From Bacteroidota bacterium (GTDB taxonomy: Bacteria; Bacteroidota; Bacteroidia; Bacteroidales; JAADGE01), in NCBI GenBank assembly GCA_024277895.1, contig JAJRUH010000046.1, positions 557 through 64,556 of the forward strand: a stretch of DNA of 64,000 nucleotides, read 5' to 3'. Position numbers and translations under genes: made by a program. Under the pieces are notes generated by a model. That model saw only the letters and a program-made list of their open reading frames with translations, did not search any database and had not been told where the DNA came from. Shown in pieces: positions 61,369 through 64,000 of this stretch. Within the stretch, counting starts at the first letter, position 1, and every line of letters starts with the position of its first letter.

Positions 61369-62922
61369 TTAAAACGGAACATCTTCTCCGTTATTGTCAG
61401 AAAAACCAATATCAGGGAATGAAGTATCGGCAGATTTCGAATTATCAAAAAAATCATCTTCACCATTATTTATCTTTGATTCAAAAGTAACGGAATTTGC
61501 AGCACCTTCATCAAGCGGCGGTAAAAAATTTTCATTAAACTCTTCAAATCGAGCAAATTCTTCGCGAAATCGGAGGTTTACATCTGTTACAGCACCGTTC
61601 CTGTGTTTTGCAATTATAATATTTGCCAATCCTCGCGTTGAATTTCCGTCATCATCCTCGGTAATACCCATTTTTTCGGGACGGTGAATAAAAATTACAA
61701 TATCTGCATCTTGCTCAATAGCACCCGATTCACGAAGGTCGGACAACTGAGGTCGTTTATTTCCGGAACGCATTTCTACGGATCTGTTTAACTGAGATAA
61801 AGCAATTATCGGTAAATTTAATTCTTTTGCAATGGCTTTTAATCCTCTTGAAATCATACTTACTTCTTGTTCCCTGTTGCCTCTTGTTTCGGAAGAGCCA
61901 CTCATAAGTTGCAAATAATCAATCACAATTAAATCAATATCTTCTCTTGTTTTTAATTTCCTGCATTTTGAACGCAGTTCATTTAAACCTATTGCCGGTG
62001 TATCATCAATAAAAATACGGGCTTTTTCAAGACTTTTTATTTTAGATTCTAATTGTTTCCATTCATGACTTTGCAAATTTCCGCTGCGCAATTTCTCACT
62101 TCCTAATTCTGTTTCGGAAGAAATTAAACGCATAACTAATTGAACAGAAGACATTTCCAATGAAAACAATGCAACCGACTTATTATGATTAACACCAATA
62201 TTCCGAGCCATAGAAAGCACAAATGCGGTTTTACCCATTGACGGTCGTGCTGCAATAATTACCAAATCAGAATTTTGCCAACCCGATGTAACTCTGTCTA
62301 ATGAAGAATATCCTGAAGGAACGCCACTTAATCCGTCTTCTCTTTTTTGAGCTTCTTCTATTTGATGAATGGCTTCATTCATTACAGAATCAATTTGCAT
62401 AGCTTCTTTGTTAACAGAACCCAAAGCCAAATCAAACATTCCCTGTTGCGAAAATTCCAAAATTTCCTGCACGTCAATTGATTCATCGTAAGAGCGTGTT
62501 TGAATTTCGGAACTTATTCTGATTAACTCTCGTTTGATATATTTTTCAGCAATTATTTTTGCATGATATTCAATATGTGCCGCAGAACCTACCCTTGATG
62601 ATAAACTGACGACAAATGCCGGTCCGCCGACTTCATCTAAATCGCCGTTCTGTTTCAGCTTCTCAATAATCGTATGATAATCAATAGGTTGATGATTTAA
62701 TGATAAATCCTGAATGGCTTTAAATATTTTTTGATGTTCTGTTTTATAAAAACTTTCAGGTTTTAAAATATCCAGAACAACAATATCTTTCCCTCGTTCA
62801 AGCATCAATGCTCCGAGAACGTCCATTTCAATATCCGTTGATTGCGGAGGCAATTTTCCGAGTTGTTCGTTAATATCAAATACCGGATTTTTTTTATATG
62901 TTTTTGAAGTTTGTTTTGCCAT
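61369..62922 (-). CDS. dnaB: Replicative DNA helicase DnaB
   Basis: 517 aa. PPQSTDIEMDVLGALML N-terminus, Walker A AARPSMGKTAF, Walker B LIVIDYLQLM, SQLNR. Confidence 0.9.
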   Translation of the reverse strand: MAKQTSKTYKKNPVFDINEQLGKLPPQSTDIEMDVLGALMLERGKDIVVLDILKPESFYKTEHQKIFKAIQDLSLNHQPIDYHTIIEKLKQNGDLDEVGGPAFVVSLSSRVGSAAHIEYHAKIIAEKYIKRELIRISSEIQTRSYDESIDVQEILEFSQQGMFDLALGSVNKEAMQIDSVMNEAIHQIEEAQKREDGLSGVPSGYSSLDRVTSGWQNSDLVIIAARPSMGKTAFVLSMARNIGVNHNKSVALFSLEMSSVQLVMRLISSETELGSEKLRSGNLQSHEWKQLESKIKSLEKARIFIDDTPAIGLNELRSKCRKLKTREDIDLIVIDYLQLMSGSSETRGNREQEVSMISRGLKAIAKELNLPIIALSQLNRSVEMRSGNKRPQLSDLRESGAIEQDADIVIFIHRPEKMGITEDDDGNSTRGLANIIIAKHRNGAVTDVNLRFREEFARFEEFNENFLPPLDEGAANSVTFESKINNGEDDFFDNSKSADTSFPDIGFSDNNGEDVPF

Positions 62923-63239
62923 TTAGTTATTGTTTCTCAGACAAACAGAGACAGTTTCTGTTACTGCCTCAAATTATGTATCTGAATTTCTGATTATTAT
63001 AGTTTAAAATAAATTTTAGATTAATAAATTTAAAGGCTTTTTTTCATTTTCTGACAAATAAAATTATTGGATTAGGCTTAAAACTGATTAAGATAATATG
63101 TTATCAAATAAAGAATACTAAAACTTTTTGTTATGTAAGTTAAAATACCTTTTTTCACACAAAAAATGCTTAGAATCAAGGAAAAGATGCTAAGAAAAAT
63201 GTTTTTAAAAAATTTGCTTAAATGCCGGATTCAATAAAA

Positions 63240-64000
63240 TTATTCATTATAAACACCGATATTGATATATTTTTGCTCACGTTTCAAAATACGCTCTTTT
63301 GCATCAGTTTTTTCAAGTTCTTTTATTTCTTTAACAATTGTTTCTTTAACCCGTTTAAAAATTTCTTTAGGGTTTACATGAGCTCCTCCGAGCGGTTCTT
63401 TAATAATTCCGTCAATTAAACCGTTTGCAAGCATATCTTCGGGAGTTAATTTCAAAGCATTCGCCGCTTTTTCTTTATATTCCCAACTTCTCCACAGAAT
63501 AGAAGAACAAGATTCGGGAGAAATAACAGAATACCAAGTATTTTCAAGCATAAAAACTTTATCGCCGACACCGATACCTATTGCACCTCCGGAAGCACCT
63601 TCTCCTATAATAATACAGATAACAGGCACTTTTAAACGAAACATTTCATAAATATTTCGAGCAATGGCTTCACCTTGTCCGCGTTCTTCGGCTTCCAAAC
63701 CGGGATATGCTCCGGGAGTATCAATTAATGTAACAATAGGTTTATTAAATTTCTCTGCCAATTTCATCAATCTCAAGGCTTTTCGATAACCTTCGGGATT
63801 TGCCATTCCGAAATTCCGATATTGACGACTTTTTGTATCAGAGCCTTTTTGCTGCCCGATAAACATATAAGTTTTTCCGTTAACTATACCAAAACCTCCG
63901 ACCATAGCTTTATCATCTTTAAAACCTCTGTCTCCGTGAAGTTCTGTAAAATCTCCGCCGGTTAGATAGTTTATATATTCCAATGTATAAGGTCGCTCTG
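63240..64000 (-). CDS. accA: Acetyl-CoA carboxylase carboxyltransferase alpha subunit; 5' end beyond the window
   Basis: The frame stays open past the track's TTG at 63983 to the window edge (...[24 protein letters not shown]). GEGASGGA and [16 protein letters not shown] motifs. Confidence 0.85.
   Translation of the reverse strand, partial: ERPYTLEYINYLTGGDFTELHGDRGFKDDKAMVGGFGIVNGKTYMFIGQQKGSDTKSRQYRNFGMANPEGYRKALRLMKLAEKFNKPIVTLIDTPGAYPGLEAEERGQGEAIARNIYEMFRLKVPVICIIIGEGASGGAIGIGVGDKVFMLENTWYSVISPESCSSILWRSWEYKEKAANALKLTPEDMLANGLIDGIIKEPLGGAHVNPKEIFKRVKETIVKEIKELEKTDAKERILKREQKYINIGVYNE

Noticed and set aside
62923-63239. Possible replication origin or DnaA-box cluster next to dnaB
   Set aside because: I scanned by eye for TTATCCACA/TGTGGATAA and found only one weak partial match (TTTTTCACA). 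dnaB is not a reliable oriC marker.
63222-63419. 65-aa plus-strand ORF
   Set aside because: It is antisense to the 3' end of accA, and its Phe/Asn-rich translation is typical of AT-rich antisense frames.
1-64000. Search for CRISPR arrays, IS elements, integrases, restriction-modification, toxin-antitoxin or other known defence gene signatures, and for homopolymer tracts as phase-variation switches
   Set aside because: No regularly spaced direct repeats were seen, and no transposase, integrase or reverse-transcriptase-like translations appear in the ORF set. A/T runs of 8-9 nt are frequent throughout, as expected for this base composition, and are not concentrated at the 5' ends of surface-protein genes.

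Overview
AT-rich (about one-third G+C by eye) chromosomal segment that looks like Bacteroidota. Evidence for the phylum: T9SS C-terminal sorting domains, CarboxypepD_reg-type TonB-dependent transporters, PorW/SprE-like and T9SS-plug-like genes, and many exact TAnnTTTG -7 promoter boxes. Most of the window is tightly packed housekeeping: cydAB operon, uvrA, recJ, dnaB, accA, corA, amt, rsmI and tRNA-His. I found no CRISPR array, transposase, integrase, rRNA or recognisable multi-gene defence system. The observations most worth follow-up are listed below.
1. A six-gene secreted-nuclease, TonB-dependent transporter and OB-fold-lipoprotein locus at 1-7773, a candidate extracellular nucleic-acid scavenging system with no SusD partner.
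2. A fluoride (crcB-motif) riboswitch in front of a cation:proton antiporter at 24.1 kb.
3. A three-segment SD-sequestering leader in front of corA.
4. A 1.4-kb AAA-ATPase (DUF4143-type) cassette beside tRNA-His. It is bracketed by two roughly 80 % identical copies of the 5' end of a radical SAM gene.
5. An unannotated 38-codon membrane ORF directly after cydB.
6. A frameshifted remnant resembling the C-terminus of protoporphyrinogen oxidase next to a HemD-like gene.
All family assignments come from reading motifs in the translations by eye and from memory. None was checked by a database search.
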